Shown here one piece after another: positions 1 to 12,216 of a DNA stretch of 62,000 bases. A model generated the notes under the pieces. It was not told where the DNA came from and ran no database searches. It saw nothing but the letters and a program-made list of their open reading frames with translations. Source of the stretch: Mobula hypostoma (taxonomy: Eukaryota); the NCBI RefSeq assembly GCF_963921235.1, contig NC_086097.1:17918001-17980000 (forward strand). The letters run 5' to 3'. A program made the translations under genes and the position numbers. How positions within the stretch are numbered: position 1 is the first letter of the stretch; each line of letters starts with the position of its first letter.

Positions 1-313
1 TATGTGAATGTCATTTGGATATATTAATGAGAATCAAAAGCTATCAATTGGATGGAAGTTCTATTAGTCTAGATAGAGTTTACAAAGAATGGATAAATAC
101 CAAAGACAGGAGAGAGGAAAAAATAACTGAGTGACTTAAATATGTATGTTATTTTTTTATTATTCTGTGCAGTTTTATGTCAAATATTTTGTAAACCTAC
201 ATAAACTGTGCCATGTGTGCATTCAGTGTGCACATACTTTTGTCACAGGAAAAAAATTTGCACAACATACGATTTTTGCACACACTGACTACTAAAAATT
301 AGAGGGAACATTG
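1..313. mobile_element. End fragment of a probable DNA transposon/MITE (hAT-like terminus)
   Basis: Ends in TTAGAGGGAACATTG (299-313; reverse complement CAATGTTCCCTCTAA), which resembles hAT/Tip100-type termini, and abuts CR1 sequence sharply. The other end is outside the window, so no TSD can be checked. Confidence 0.4.
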
Positions 314-2423
314 CTTGTAAATCCCCTCTGCACTCTTTCTATAGTTACCACATCCTTCCTGTAGTGAGGTGTCAGAACTGAGCACAGTACTCCAAAGTGG
401 GGTCTGACTAGGGTCCTATATAGATGTAACATTACCTCTTGGCTCTTAACTCAATCCCATGGTTGATGAAGGCCAATGCACCATATGCCTTCTTATCCAC
501 AGAGTCCACCTGTGCAGCAGCTTTGAATGTCCTATAGACTCGGACCCCAAGATCCCTCTGATCCTCCACACTGCCAAGAGCCTTACCATTAATACTATAT
601 TCTCTCAACATATTTGACCTACCAAAATGAACCACCTCACACTGATCTGAGTTGAACTCCATCTGCCACTTCTCAACCCAGTTTTGCAAACTATTGATGT
701 CCTGCTATAACCTCTCACAGCCCTCCGCACTATCCACAACACCCCCAACCTTTGTGTCATCAGCAAATTTACTAACCCATCCCTCCACTTCCTCATCCAC
801 GTCATTTAAAAAAATCATGAAGAGGAGGGGTCCCAGAACAGATCCCTGAGGCACACCACTGGTCACTGACCTCCATGCAGAATATGACCTGTCTGCAACC
901 ACTCTTTGCCTTCCGTGGGCAAGCTAATTCTAGATCCACAAAGCAAGGTCCCCTTGGATCCCATGCCTCCTTACTTTCTCAATAAGCCTTGCAAGGGGTA
1001 CCTTATCAAGTTCCTTGCTGAAATCCATATACACTACATCTACTGTTCTACCTTCATCAACGTGTTTAGCCACATCCTCAAAAAATTCAGTCAGGCTCGT
1101 AAGGAACAACATGCCTTTAACAAAGCCATGCTGACTATTCCTAATCATATTATGCCTCTCCAAATGTTCATAAATCCTGCCTCTCAGGATCTTTTCCATT
1201 AACTTACCAACCACTGAAGTAAGACTCACTGGTCTATAATTTCCTGAACTATCTCTACTCCCTTTCTTGAATAAGGGAACAACATCTACAACCCTCCAAT
1301 CCTCTGGAACCTCTCCCATCCCCATTGATGATGCAAAGATCATCGCCAGAGGCTCAGCAATCTCCACCCTTGCCTCCCAGAGTAGTCTAAGGTACATTTC
1401 ATCCAGTCCCGGAGACTTTTCCAACTTGATGCTTTGCAAAAGCTGCAGCACATCCTCTTTCTTAATGTCTATATGCTCAAGCTTTTCAATCTGTTGTAAG
1501 TCATCCCTACAATTGCCAAGATACTTTTCCATAGTGAAAACTGAAGCAAAGTATTCATTAAGTACCTCTACTATCTCCTCCATTCCATACACACTTTTCC
1601 ACTGTGACACTTGATTCATCCTATTCTCTCACGTCTTATCCTCTTGCTCTTCACATACATGTAGAATGCCTTGGTCCTGCTCAACAAGGCCTTCTCATGG
1701 CCCCTTCTGGCTCTCCTAATTTCACTCCTAAGCTCCTTCCTGCTAGCCTTATAATCTTCTAGATCTCTTTCATTACCTAGTTTTTTGAACCTTTTGTTAT
1801 CTTTCCTTCTTGACTAGATTTTCGACAGCCTTTGTACACCATGGTTCCTGTACCCTACCATCCTTTCCCTGTCTCATTGGAACTCCACACAAATATCCCC
1901 CTGAACATTTGCCACATTTCTACCGTACATTTCCCTGAGAACATCTGTTCCCAATTTATGCTTCCAAGTTCCTGCCTGATAGCTTCATATTTCCCCTTAC
2001 TCCAGTTAAACACTTTCCTAATTTGTCTGTTCCTATCCCACTCCAATGCTATAGTAAAGGAGATAGAATTGTGATCACTATCTCCAAAATGCTCTCCAAC
2101 TGAGAGATCTGACACCTGACCAGTTTCATTTCCCAATACCAGATCAAGTACAGCCTCTTCTATTGTAGGCTTATCTACATATTGTGTCAGGAAACCTTCC
2201 TGAACACACCTAACAAACTCCACCCCATCTAAACCCCTTGCTCTAGGGAAATGCCAATCAACATGTGGGAAATTATAATCTCCCACCACAACAACCCTGT
2301 TATTATTACACCTTTCCAGAATCTGTCTGCCTGTCTGCTCCTCGATGTCCCTGTTACTATTGGGTGGTCTATAAAAAACACCCTGTAGAGTTATTGACCC
2401 CTTCCTATTTCTAACTTCCACCC
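314..2423 (-). mobile_element. CR1 LINE, decayed ORF2 (endonuclease to RT C-terminus)
   Basis: ORFs 1855..2436 (FYRPPNS, VGDYNFP, GDSDHN), 930..1619 (NYRPVSLTS, QHGF, VYMDFSK), 705..902 ([16 protein letters not shown]) and 432..689 are collinear pieces of a CR1 ORF2. Confidence 0.92.
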
Positions 2424-2535
2424 TCAAAAGACACACCCTCTAATCCAAGCATCATCCTAGTAAATCTCTTCTGCACCCTCTCTAAAGTTTCCATGTCCTT
2501 CTTATAATGATATGACCAGAACAGAACACAATACT

Positions 2536-2985
2536 CAGAATCAGAATCAGAATCCTTTATTATCGTCAAGTATGTCGACACATACAGGGAATTTGATGCT
2601 GGTTTCCCTGAGCTCTCGCTGCACGGAATCAAAAAACGAACAAAGCAATAGTGCAAATAATCATGATGGTGAACTATATACAATGAGGTATACCTGTGTA
2701 TGTACAGGTGGACTTGGTTTATAATAGACTAAAATTCAAGTGTTCATAAGACTGATGGTATACGGAAAGAAACCATTATCGTACCTATTTGTCCTGATAT
2801 ACAGTGATCTAAAGCGCCTACCAGAAGGAAGGAGTTGGAACAGGTGATGTCCAGGTTGTGATGGGTCTACAATGAAGCTGCTTGCTCGCTTCCTGACTCT
2901 AGATGCATACAAGTCCTGGATCGAGGGCAGCTTCACAACAATAATCCTTTCCACAGCCCTGACGGTTCTCACCAGTTTTTTGAGC
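2536..2985 (-). mobile_element. Rex1/Babar-type LINE 3' end
   Basis: ORF 2736..2993 DPSQPGHHLFQLLPSGRRFRSL is the typical Rex1/Babar C-terminus. AATAAA and a (TTCTGA)n tail lie on the - strand at about 2536-2561. Confidence 0.8.
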
Positions 2986-3197
2986 TGTAACATTACCTCT
3001 CAACTCTTGAACTTAGTACTCTGACTAATGAAGGCTAACAAACTATTCGCCTATCAACTTATGCAGCAACTTTGAGGGAACTATGGACATGAACCCCAAG
3101 ATCCCTCTGTTTCTCCACACTGCTCAGAATCTTGCCATTTACCTTCATACCTTCATTTACCTTCAAATTCAAATTCAACTTTCTGAAGTGAATCTCA

Positions 3198-3425
3198 TGA
3201 AGCACCTTCAATAATTCCAAAAGACTGAAGTTAGATAAATACTGAAAGGTTTTTACTCGCTGTACAATACGACCTCCATGCTGAGTGTCTGTCCCCGGAC
3301 TGAGGGGGAGGGGCAAGGCGAAATCCCCTTTATTCAGGAATCTGTGGGAGGAGCCACAGGGACAGTCAGCAGAGGGGCGTGTCCAGACAGTTAACCCAGT
3401 TACAACATATATATGGTCTACCACA
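3198..3425 (-). mobile_element. Solo LTR (228 bp)
   Basis: Begins TG (3198) and ends CA (3425). Flanks are TCTCA / TCTCT, a 4/5 match to a TSD. Contains AATAAA on the - strand and cleanly interrupts a CR1 RT region. Confidence 0.7.
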
Positions 3426-4457
3426 TCTCTTTACACTTTTCTGGATTGAACTCCATCTGCCATTTCTCAGCCCAGCTCTGCATCCTATCAATATTCCATT
3501 TCAACCTACGACAACCTTATACAGTATCCAAAACACCAATCTTTGTGTTATCTGTAAATTTACTAACCCCTCATGCAATTCCTTATCTAAGTCATTTACA
3601 AAAATCAAAAGAGCAGGGGTCCCAGAACAGATCCCTGCAGAACACCACTAGAAACAGACCTCCAGACAGAATACATTCCATCTACTACCACCCTCTGCCT
3701 TCCTGCCTTCTGTGGACAAGCCCATTCAGAATCCACACAGCCGGGTTTCCTTGGATCCCATACCTCCTGACTTTGCAAATGAGCCTACCAAAGGGAACCT
3801 TTCCGAACACCTTACTAAAATCCATATACACAACATCCACTACTCTACTCTCAACAAGTTGTTTTTTCACATCCTCAAAGAATTCAATCAGACTCATGAG
3901 GCATGATCTCCCCCTCGCAAAACCATGCTGATTATCCCTAATCAGACTATGCTTCTTTAAATACTTGTCAAACCTGTCTCTTAGAAAAGGATCTGGAAAA
4001 CACTTAACTACTATTCTTTGAATAGTGCCATGGCCATGCATTCTTCATTTTTTTTATGAAGAGGGGTTTGGCTAAATTTTTCATTTGATTCAAATCCAAC
4101 TCTTCCAATAGTTGTAATATTGAGGTAGTAAACTTGATTTTACATACATTTATCTGGAGTGAGGCAAGAACTTGGAGCATTAGAACTCAGACAAAATTAT
4201 CATCATTGTTGATACCCAAATTAGTTGGAACTGAGGTAGGTTTTAATTTGGCTGAAGCAGTTATCCAGGCATAATCATTTGCTTCTGTGAAAAGATGGAC
4301 ATTTCAAATTTTAGAATGAGATATCTGAATCCTAGCTAATTAATTTGTCCTTCCATGGTGGACTAACGCCATTTGTTTGTGGGTTTTTTTAATTGAACAA
4401 CTTCCTGAGTGTGTGGTAAAATCCTGATTAATATTTTGCATCTTTTCCTGAACGAAG

Positions 4458-4676
4458 AAATTGAACATGCAGGAGAAACTATTTCCATGCCGGAGTCATC
4501 CATGATGCTAACGCCTACAAATAGAGATTTGAAGGAATGCTACTACAATCTGAATGATGAAAACTTCTGTGATAATTTGCTGGCAAGGAACATCACAAAA
4601 GGAGGATGTTGTTGCACTGTTGGAGTTGGTTGGGGTGACAACTGTGAAGTTCACCCTTGTCCTTTGACCAATACAG
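4458..4676 (+). CDS. LTBP2: LTBP exon: linker plus most of the TGF-beta-binding 8-Cys/TB domain
   Basis: Encodes KECYYNLNDENFCDNLLARNITKGGCCCTVGVGWGDNCEVHPCPLTNT. Acceptor AG at 4456-4457 (alternative in-frame CAG ending 4472), donor G|GTAAAA at 4676, phase 1. LTBP family is near certain; the paralog is less so. Confidence 0.88.
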
Positions 4677-4914
4677 GTAAAACCATTTCCAGTGTTTGCA
4701 TGTTCATGGAGTATTCCTTTAAAGTGCCTGGTACTGAAAGCAGCATTCTAGTTTAAATTAGACCAACAATGCTAATATCAAATTAGAAACAATGTTAACT
4801 CATAATTTGCTGTATATACTGTATTTCTCTATTGCCTGAAAATTATAATCTGCATACAAAATATGTTATGTTATTAGATTAAGGCTCAAAGAGAAAGTTT
4901 ATTGTGGTATTAAA

Positions 4915-7900
4915 TTTCTGTTCACTAAGGAGGACATAAATAATCTTCCAGAAATAGTAGGGGACCGAGGGTCTAGTGAGATGGAGGAACTGAGGGAAAT
5001 AGATATAACCATATAACCATTTGGAGAATCAGAATGGACGGCTATATGCGAAGCCAAAAGAGGAGGTTTTGAACAATGTCCTTTCTTCGGTATTCACTAA
5101 GGAGAAGGATATTGAATTGTGTAAGGTAAAGGAAACAAGTAGGGTAGATATGGAAAGTATGACAATTAAAGAAGAGGAAGTACTGACACTTTTAAGAAAT
5201 ATAAAAGTGGGTAAGTCTCCAGGTCCAGACAAGATGTTCCCTAGGACTTTGAGGGAAGTTAGTGTAGAAATAACAGGGGCTCTGACAGAAATATTTCAAA
5301 TGTCATTAGAAACAGGAATGGTGCCGGAGGATTGGCGTATTGCTCATGTGGTTCCATTGTTTAAAAAGGGTTCTAAGAGTAAACCTGGCAATCGGCCTGT
5401 GAGTTTGACATCAGTGGTGGGTAAATTGATGGAATGTATTCTTAGAGATGGTATATATAATTTTCTGGATAGACAGGGTGTGATTAGGAACAGTCAACAT
5501 GGATTTGTGCATGGAAGGTCATGTTTGACAAATCTTATTGAATTTTTTTGATGAGGTTACTAAGAAAGTTGACGAGGGTAAACGTGGATGTTGTCTATAT
5601 GGACTTCAGTAAGGCTTTTAACAAGGTTCCACATGGAAGGTTAGTTAAGAAGGTTCAATTGTTAGGCATTAATATAGAAGTGGTAAAATGGATTCAGCAG
5701 TGGCTAAATGGGAGACGCCAGAGAGTAGTGGTGGATAACTGTGTGCCAGATTGGAGGACGGTGTGCAGCGGTGTGCCTCAGGGATCTGTACTGGGTCCAA
5801 TGTTGTTTGTAATATATATTAATGATCTGGATGATGGGGTGGTAAATTGGATTAGTAAGTATGCAGATGATACTAAGATAGGTGGTGTTGTGGATGATGA
5901 GGTAGGTTTTCAAAACTTGCAGAGAGATTTAGGCCAGTTAGAAGAGTGGGCTGAAAGATAGCAGATGGAGTTTAATGCTGAAAAATGTGAGGTGCTACAT
6001 TTTGGTAGAACTCATCAAAATAGGACGTACATGGTAAATGGTAGGGTATTAAAGAATGCTTTAGAACAGAGGGATCTAGGAATAATGGAGCATAGTTCCC
6101 TGAAGATGGAATCTCATGTGGATAGGGTGGTGAAGAAAGCTTTTGGTTTGCTGGCCTTTATTAATCAGGTCATTGAGTATAGGAGTTGGGATGTAATGTT
6201 GAATTTGTATAAGGCATTGGTAAGGCCAAATCTGGAGTATTGTGTACAGTTCTGGTCACTGAATTATAGGAAAGATGTCAATAAAATTGAGAGAGTACAG
6301 AGGAGGTTTACTAAAATGTTGCCTGGGTTTGATCTCCTAAGTTACAGATAAAGGTTGAACAAAGTTAGGTCTTTATTCTTTGGAGCGTAGAAGGTTGAGG
6401 GGAGACTTGACAGAGGTGTTTAAAATTATGAGGGGGATTGATAGAGTTGACGTGGTTAGACTTTTTCCATTGAGAGTGGGGAAAATTCAAACAAGAGGGC
6501 ATGGGTTGAGAATTAGAGGACAAAAGTTTAGGGGTAACATGAGGGGGAACTTCTTTACTCAGACAGTGGTAGCTATGTGGAATGAGCTTCCAGCAGAAGT
6601 GGTTGAGACAGGTTCGATGTTGTCATTTAAAGTTAAATTGGATAGATATATGGACAGGAAAGGAATGGAGTCTTATGGAATGAGTGCAGGTCGGTGGGAA
6701 TAGGATAGGGTAAGGGTTCGGCACGGACTAGAAGGGGCGAGATGGCCTGTTTCCGTGCTGTAATTGTTATACGGTTATATGGTTATGATTTGTGAAAGGA
6801 AAATAGTGTCTGACGAACCTCATAGAATTTTTTGAGGATGTAACGAGTAGAGTGGATAGGGGAGAACCAGTGGATGTGGTATATTTGATTTTCAAAAGGC
6901 TTTTGACAAGGTCCCACACAAGAGATTAGTATGCAAACTTAAAGCACACGGTATTGGGGGTATGGTAGTGATGTGGATAGAGAATTGGTTGGCAGACAGG
7001 AAGCAAAGAGTGGGAATAAACGGGACCTTTTCAGAATGGCAGGCAGTGACTAGTGGGGTACCGCAGGGCTCAGTGCTGGGACCCCAATTGTTTACAATAT
7101 ATATTAATGACTTAGATGAGGGAATTAAATGCAGCATCTCCAAGTTTGCAGATGACACGAAGCTGGGCGGCAGTGTTAGCTGTGAGGAGGATGCTAAGAG
7201 GATGCAGGGTGACTTGGATCGGTTAGGTGAGTGGGCAAATTCATGGCAGATGCAATTTAATGTGGATAAATGTGAGGTTATCCACTTTGGTGGCAAGAAC
7301 AGGAAACAGATTATTATCTGAATGGTGGCCGATTAGGAAAAGGGGAGGTGCAATGAGACCTGGGTGTCATTGTACACCAGTCATTGAAAGTGGACATGCA
7401 AGGTACAGCAGGCGGTGAAAAAGGCGAATGGTATGCTGGCATTCATAGCAAGAGGATTCGAGTACAGGAGTAGGGAGGTACAATTGCAGTTGTACAAGGC
7501 CTTGGTGAGACCACACCTGGAGTATTGTGTGCAGCTTTGGTCCCCTAATCTGAGGAAAGACATTCTTGCCATAGAGTGAGTACAAAGAAGGTTCACCAGA
7601 TTGATACCTGGGATGGCAGGACTTTCATATGATGAAAGACTGGATCGACTAGGCGTATGCTTGCTGGAATTTAGAAGATTGAGGGGGGATCTTATTGAAA
7701 CGTATAAAATTCTAAAGGGATTGGACAGGCTAGATGGAGGAAGATTGTTCCCGATGTTGGGGAAGTCCAGAACAGGGGATCTCAGTTTAAGGATAAAGGG
7801 GAAGCCTTTTAGGACCGAGATGAGGAAAAACTTCTTCACACAGAGAGTGGTGAATCTGTGGAACTCTCTGCCACAGGAAACAGTTGAGGCCAGTTCTTTG

Positions 7901-8080
7901 GCTATATTTAAGAGGGAGTTAGATATGGCCCTTGTGACTTAGGGGATCGGGGGTATGGTGAGAAGGCAGGTACAGGGTTCTGAGTTGGATGATCAGCCAT
8001 GATCATACTGAATGGCGGTGCAGGCTCAAAGGGCCGAATGGCCTACTCCTGCACCTATTTTCTATGTTTCTATGTTTCTA
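4915..8080 (+). mobile_element. CR1 LINE family A (young), split by a nested CR1 at about 5002-6786
   Basis: 4915-5000 and 6787-8080 closely match the copies at 39800-42397 and 54035-57161. RT motifs in ORFs 6962..7321 and 7601..7942; (TTTCTATG)n tail at about 8058-8080. Confidence 0.92.
5021..6786 (+). mobile_element. CR1 LINE family B, 5'-truncated
   Basis: ORFs 5021..5551, 5548..5961 ([13 protein letters not shown]), 5965..6351 and 6380..6703; GGTTATATGGTTAT tail at 6773-6786. Confidence 0.93.
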
Positions 8081-8229
8081 CCTAGAGTGTGTGGGTAGTG
8101 GATGATTGGAATCAGGAGGGAGATGACGATGAAAATGGGTGAAAGGGGACTGGAGTAAGAGTATAAGAAAGGGAACAAAAAGGGAGGACAAGGAGTGAAT
8201 CAGAAAGAGAGTGAGGAGAGCACAAGAGT

Positions 8230-8380
8230 TAAGGGTTACCAGAAACTGGAAAATTCAGTGCTCATAGCATTGGATTATAGACTGCCCAGGCAGAAAATAA
8301 GGGGTCCTTCTAGTGTACAGTGAGCCTCACCCTGACAGTGGAGACGGCAGCAGATGAGAAGGTCAGTATGAGCAATGAGG
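8230..8380 (-). mobile_element. Degenerate Penelope-like element fragment
   Basis: Similar to the Penelope-like segments at about 23920-24040 and 37350-37440. Confidence 0.5.
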
Positions 8381-8429
8381 GGAGAAAAGATGAAATGTGA
8401 ATGTAAGTCAGTTAATAATATAAAAGTGG

Positions 8430-9292
8430 ATACCAATTTTTTTTTAGGTATATAAAGAGCAAAAGAAAGGCAAGAGTGAATATCAGTACACTGGAAAATG
8501 ATGTTGTGGAAGTAAAAATGAGGAACAAGGGAAGTGCAGGATTCCCTAAAGGTTAACTTACTGGTTAAATCAATAGTAAGGAAAGTAAATACAAGGTAGC
8601 ATTCACTTCAATAGGGCTAGAATATAAAAGCAATGATGTAATGCTGAGCAAGAGAAAATCTGCAGATACTGGAAATCCAAGCAACACACACACACACAAA
8701 ATGCTGGAGGAATGCTGAAACTTCATAGGAATTGGTCAGACCACATTTGGAGTACTGTGAGCAGCTTTGGGCCCCATATCTCAGGAAGGATCCAGACAGG
8801 GTCCAGAGGACATTTATGAGAATGATTCCCAAAGATGATAGGGTTAATGTATGATGAGTGTTTGATGCTGCTGGTTCTGTGCTCAGTGAAGTTTAGAATG
8901 ATGAGGGGGATCTCAACAAACCTACCAAACATTAAAAGGTCTGAATAGAGTGGATGTGGAGAGGATGTTTACAGTAGTAGAAGAGCCCAGGAGCAAAGGA
9001 TATGTCCTTTTTTTCTGAGGCTATCACTTTAGAACATAAATGAAAAAGAATTTCTTTAGACAAAGGGTGCTGAATCTGTGGATTTCATTGCCACAGATGG
9101 CTGTGAAGGCCAAGTTACTGGGAGTATTTAAAGCAGAAGTTGATAGGTTCTTGGTTAATAAGAGTATCAAAGGTTACAGGGAAAAGAAAGGAGAATGGAG
9201 TTTGAGAGAGAAAATAAATCAGTCTTGATCAAATGGTAGAGCAGACTCAATGAGCTGAATGGCCTGATTCTGCTCCTTTGTCTTGTGGTCTT
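8430..9292 (+). mobile_element. CR1 LINE 3' fragments with a short Penelope-like terminus inserted at about 8650-8710
   Basis: ORF 9040..9228 KNFFRQRVLNLW; CR1-type 3' end. The insert AATCTGCAGATACTGGAAATCCAAGCAACACAC is flanked by AATGCTGA on both sides. Confidence 0.8.
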
Positions 9293-9899
9293 GAAGTTTT
9301 GTGGATTCACAGCGGTCAAAGTAAATGGATTCTCACAAATCTAGAATCATTAAATCACTCCTCAGTCAAATCAAATTTGCCTTAATTCTATGCAAGATAT
9401 TAACTTTTTAAATCTGGATTTCTCAGCACTGTGGCTAAATTTGATTGTATTTTGATTATTCTCATGAAATATAATATGAAGTTAAGGTAAGGCAAATTAT
9501 CACATGATAATTTCCATTTTGTTAGACAAACAAATGAAAACTACAACCACTAAGTTGATCTTAAGGAAACTTTCCTCCATAAATTAGGTTTAAAAAGGTA
9601 TTCTAGTAAGTTCAGCTCTGATATTTGTTCTTTGAAATTTATATATATTTAATTGCATTCCATTTAATATGGAAATCCTTAGGTTTAATTGTTTTTCTAT
9701 TTGGTGTCAATTACCTGTATTAGTGATTAAATTGATACAGATATAGATATACCGTAGTTAGCAATCAATCTGTGAAATTCCTCTTGGTCTAAGTGGCTAA
9801 AGTAAGACTGGTTTAGCAGATAGAATAAGAACTTCTGTCTTATCAACAGAAACAATCAATGGTTCATACCCAATCATGTTTTTGGTGAAGTGTGTGTAG

Positions 9900-10810
9900 G
9901 AAAAGATTAGCTAATCTGATTCCTGGGATGAGAGAGTTGTTTTTTTAATGAGTAATTAAAGAAATTGTGTCTATATTCTTCAGCCTTCAGCAAAATGATG
10001 GTGATCTTATGTTGGAATGTTGAAAATCCTTAGGGTGCTTGACAGGGGTAGATATCAAAATGTTTGCACAAGTGGGGGAATCTGGAATGAAGGAACATAG
10101 GAGATTAGGGAGTAGTTATTAAATAGAATTTCTACCTTGGAGGGTTGTAAAGGCAAGATCATTAAAGTTATTTGTTTGTAGATGAATCTTTAGAAATTCA
10201 GGGAACTGAGGGCTATTGGGAACTGACACAAAAGAGGTGAGCCTCGTGCTGATCGGCCATGATCGTATTGAATGACATTGCAGGTTTGAGGCCTACACTT
10301 CGTCCGGTTTCTTATGTTCTCTCAGTGGAATAATTAATATTCCTACATTACCTGAAATATTAGTGATAGTCATCCCTAATCTAAGCTTTCTAGAAATCCT
10401 GGGCTGTTGTGGGAAGCAAGGGAAGAAATTGCTGAAAACTTGGTAGAGGTTTTTGTATCTTTGTAGGTGGAATGATTAGTAAGTTTACAGATGGCATCAA
10501 AGTTGGTGATGTGTGGAATAGTGAAGAAGGTTATCTAAAGTTACAGCAGGATATTGATCAACTGAAAGTGTGTAAAGGAATGGCAAATTGAATTTAACTC
10601 AGACAAATGTGAAGTTGTATTTTGGAAAGTTAAGCCAGGGCAGGATATAAACAGTGAAATGAGAGACCTTGCACTGTAAGTACAAAATTCCTTGGAAGTT
10701 GCAACACAGGTGAAAAAGGCATGATGTGACCAAATCTTGGGGCCACTTGAACTGCATGGATGAGTTGGCCTAAGGGGCTTGTTTCATGCTGTATGACTTT
10801 ATGAATCTGG
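9900..10810 (+). mobile_element. Old CR1 LINE fragments
   Basis: Degenerate but recognisable CR1 RT and 3' end sequence (TAGTAAGTTTACAGATG, GAATTTAACTCAGACAAATGTGAAG). Confidence 0.6.
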
Positions 10811-11504
10811 TGCCTTTCATGCTCTTGGCTTACACTGATAACTCTTCAAGTAGAAGAGGTCCAGGAATCATTAGATTACTTGCATGAAGGATTTTAAAAT
10901 TTCTTGAAGTTCTTCAAAGGACTGATACCAAATCTGAACTGGTGAGAGTTTCTGAGAAAATTATTGAAAAACCATAGGCTTAAGAAATTTCAATTCAATT
11001 AAGGCAGAATCCCAGTAGATTTGAAATCACACCTGTATTACAGCCCATGCCACAACTCTTTTGGTTCCTGAGTATATATGTGACATAAACTGTTCTATAA
11101 ACACTCAATACCCAGGAATTTTTAAGCCCATGACTTCTGACTTCTAGTGAAATTTGAAGGTTATTATTTAGATTATTTGGACCAGTGCTTGATGCCCTAA
11201 GAATATAGCTTGGGTACAAAGTAGAACTTTTTCAGGTTGGGTCCATGTCTCATTTAGTATGGAAAGCAGATCTTGTATATATTTCAATGCAACTCACTAT
11301 AGAGAAGAAAGTGGAATAATACAGTTCATTTAAATTACCTCCATGTCTACCTTTAGCATTGCTGAGCATTATGTATCTTCAACATATAACTCAATTATAA
11401 TAACTGTGCTAACAAATGAAAATCATACTCTTATGTTGCCATAAACACTCCATTCTCCTATTACCAGGAGCTATTAATAATTGTTTTACTTTGCTTTAAC
11501 TCAG

Positions 11505-11591
11505 AGGAATACAATGAAATTTGTCCAGATGGCAAAGGATTTATTCCATTTCAGATTGGTTCTTTTTCATTTGGATCACAAAACTATGGTG
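11505..11591 (+). CDS. LTBP2: LTBP exon: end of TB domain
   Basis: Polypyrimidine tract + CAG|, encodes (E)EYNEICPDGKGFIPFQIGSFSFGSQNYG, donor G|GTGAGT; 87 nt, phase 1-1. Supplies the eighth TB cysteine. Confidence 0.9.
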
Positions 11592-12087
11592 GTGAGTCTT
11601 TAACTTACAGTTGTAGATTAATATGTCATCAACTGTTCTTTCTCATGAAGTAAAGATGCATGTAATAGTGAATACCAGAAAATGAAAGGATTCCATATTT
11701 CTGAGGTCTTGTTATCAACATCAAATAATGTCATATTGCTACCTTATCATTAGCTTCAAATAACACTTGTTTTGACTCTAATCAATCTCCAAATCAAAGC
11801 TCATGCTGAGTTTATTATGGAAACTTATTGGAGAAGGGGTGAAGAAATCACTCCTGCGATTCCCTACATACTGCTACACAGGGTGAACTCTTACAACTCT
11901 AATGTTCAGAGATCACAATTTTACCATCACACTTCAAATGTAATATTTGGGTTAATAAATATCAATAGTTGGCTTGCATCTCTGAACTGCTTTCTATTTA
12001 TTGCTGGTCATTATGATCTGATCAACATGGTGACTGGAAAGTGTAGAACCTGCTTCTGAAATAATGTGCTTTTCTCCCCATCTGTAG

Positions 12088-12216
12088 ATGCAGATGAATG
12101 TTCAATGTTTGGCTCAGAGGTCTGTAAGAACGGACACTGTATAAATACAGTGGGAAGTTACTCCTGCTATTGTGGTACAGGCTTTTACTATGACAATGTG
12201 AGGTTAGAATGCATTG
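12088..12216 (+). CDS. LTBP2: LTBP exon: calcium-binding EGF-like domain
   Basis: TAG| (D)ADECSMFGSEVCKNGHCINTVGSYSCYCGTGFYYDNVRLECI |GTAAGT; 129 nt, phase 1-1. Confidence 0.93.

Larger units (their letters stand above)
2424..3980 (-). mobile_element. CR1 LINE RT fragment interrupted by a Rex1/Babar 3' end and a solo LTR
   Basis: CR1 motifs EYCVLFWS..LERVQKRFTRM (2424-2535), QRDLGVHVHSSLK (about 3060-3130) and QHGFARGRSCL..VYMDFSK (ORF 3685..4041) are in order around the two insertions. Confidence 0.85.
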
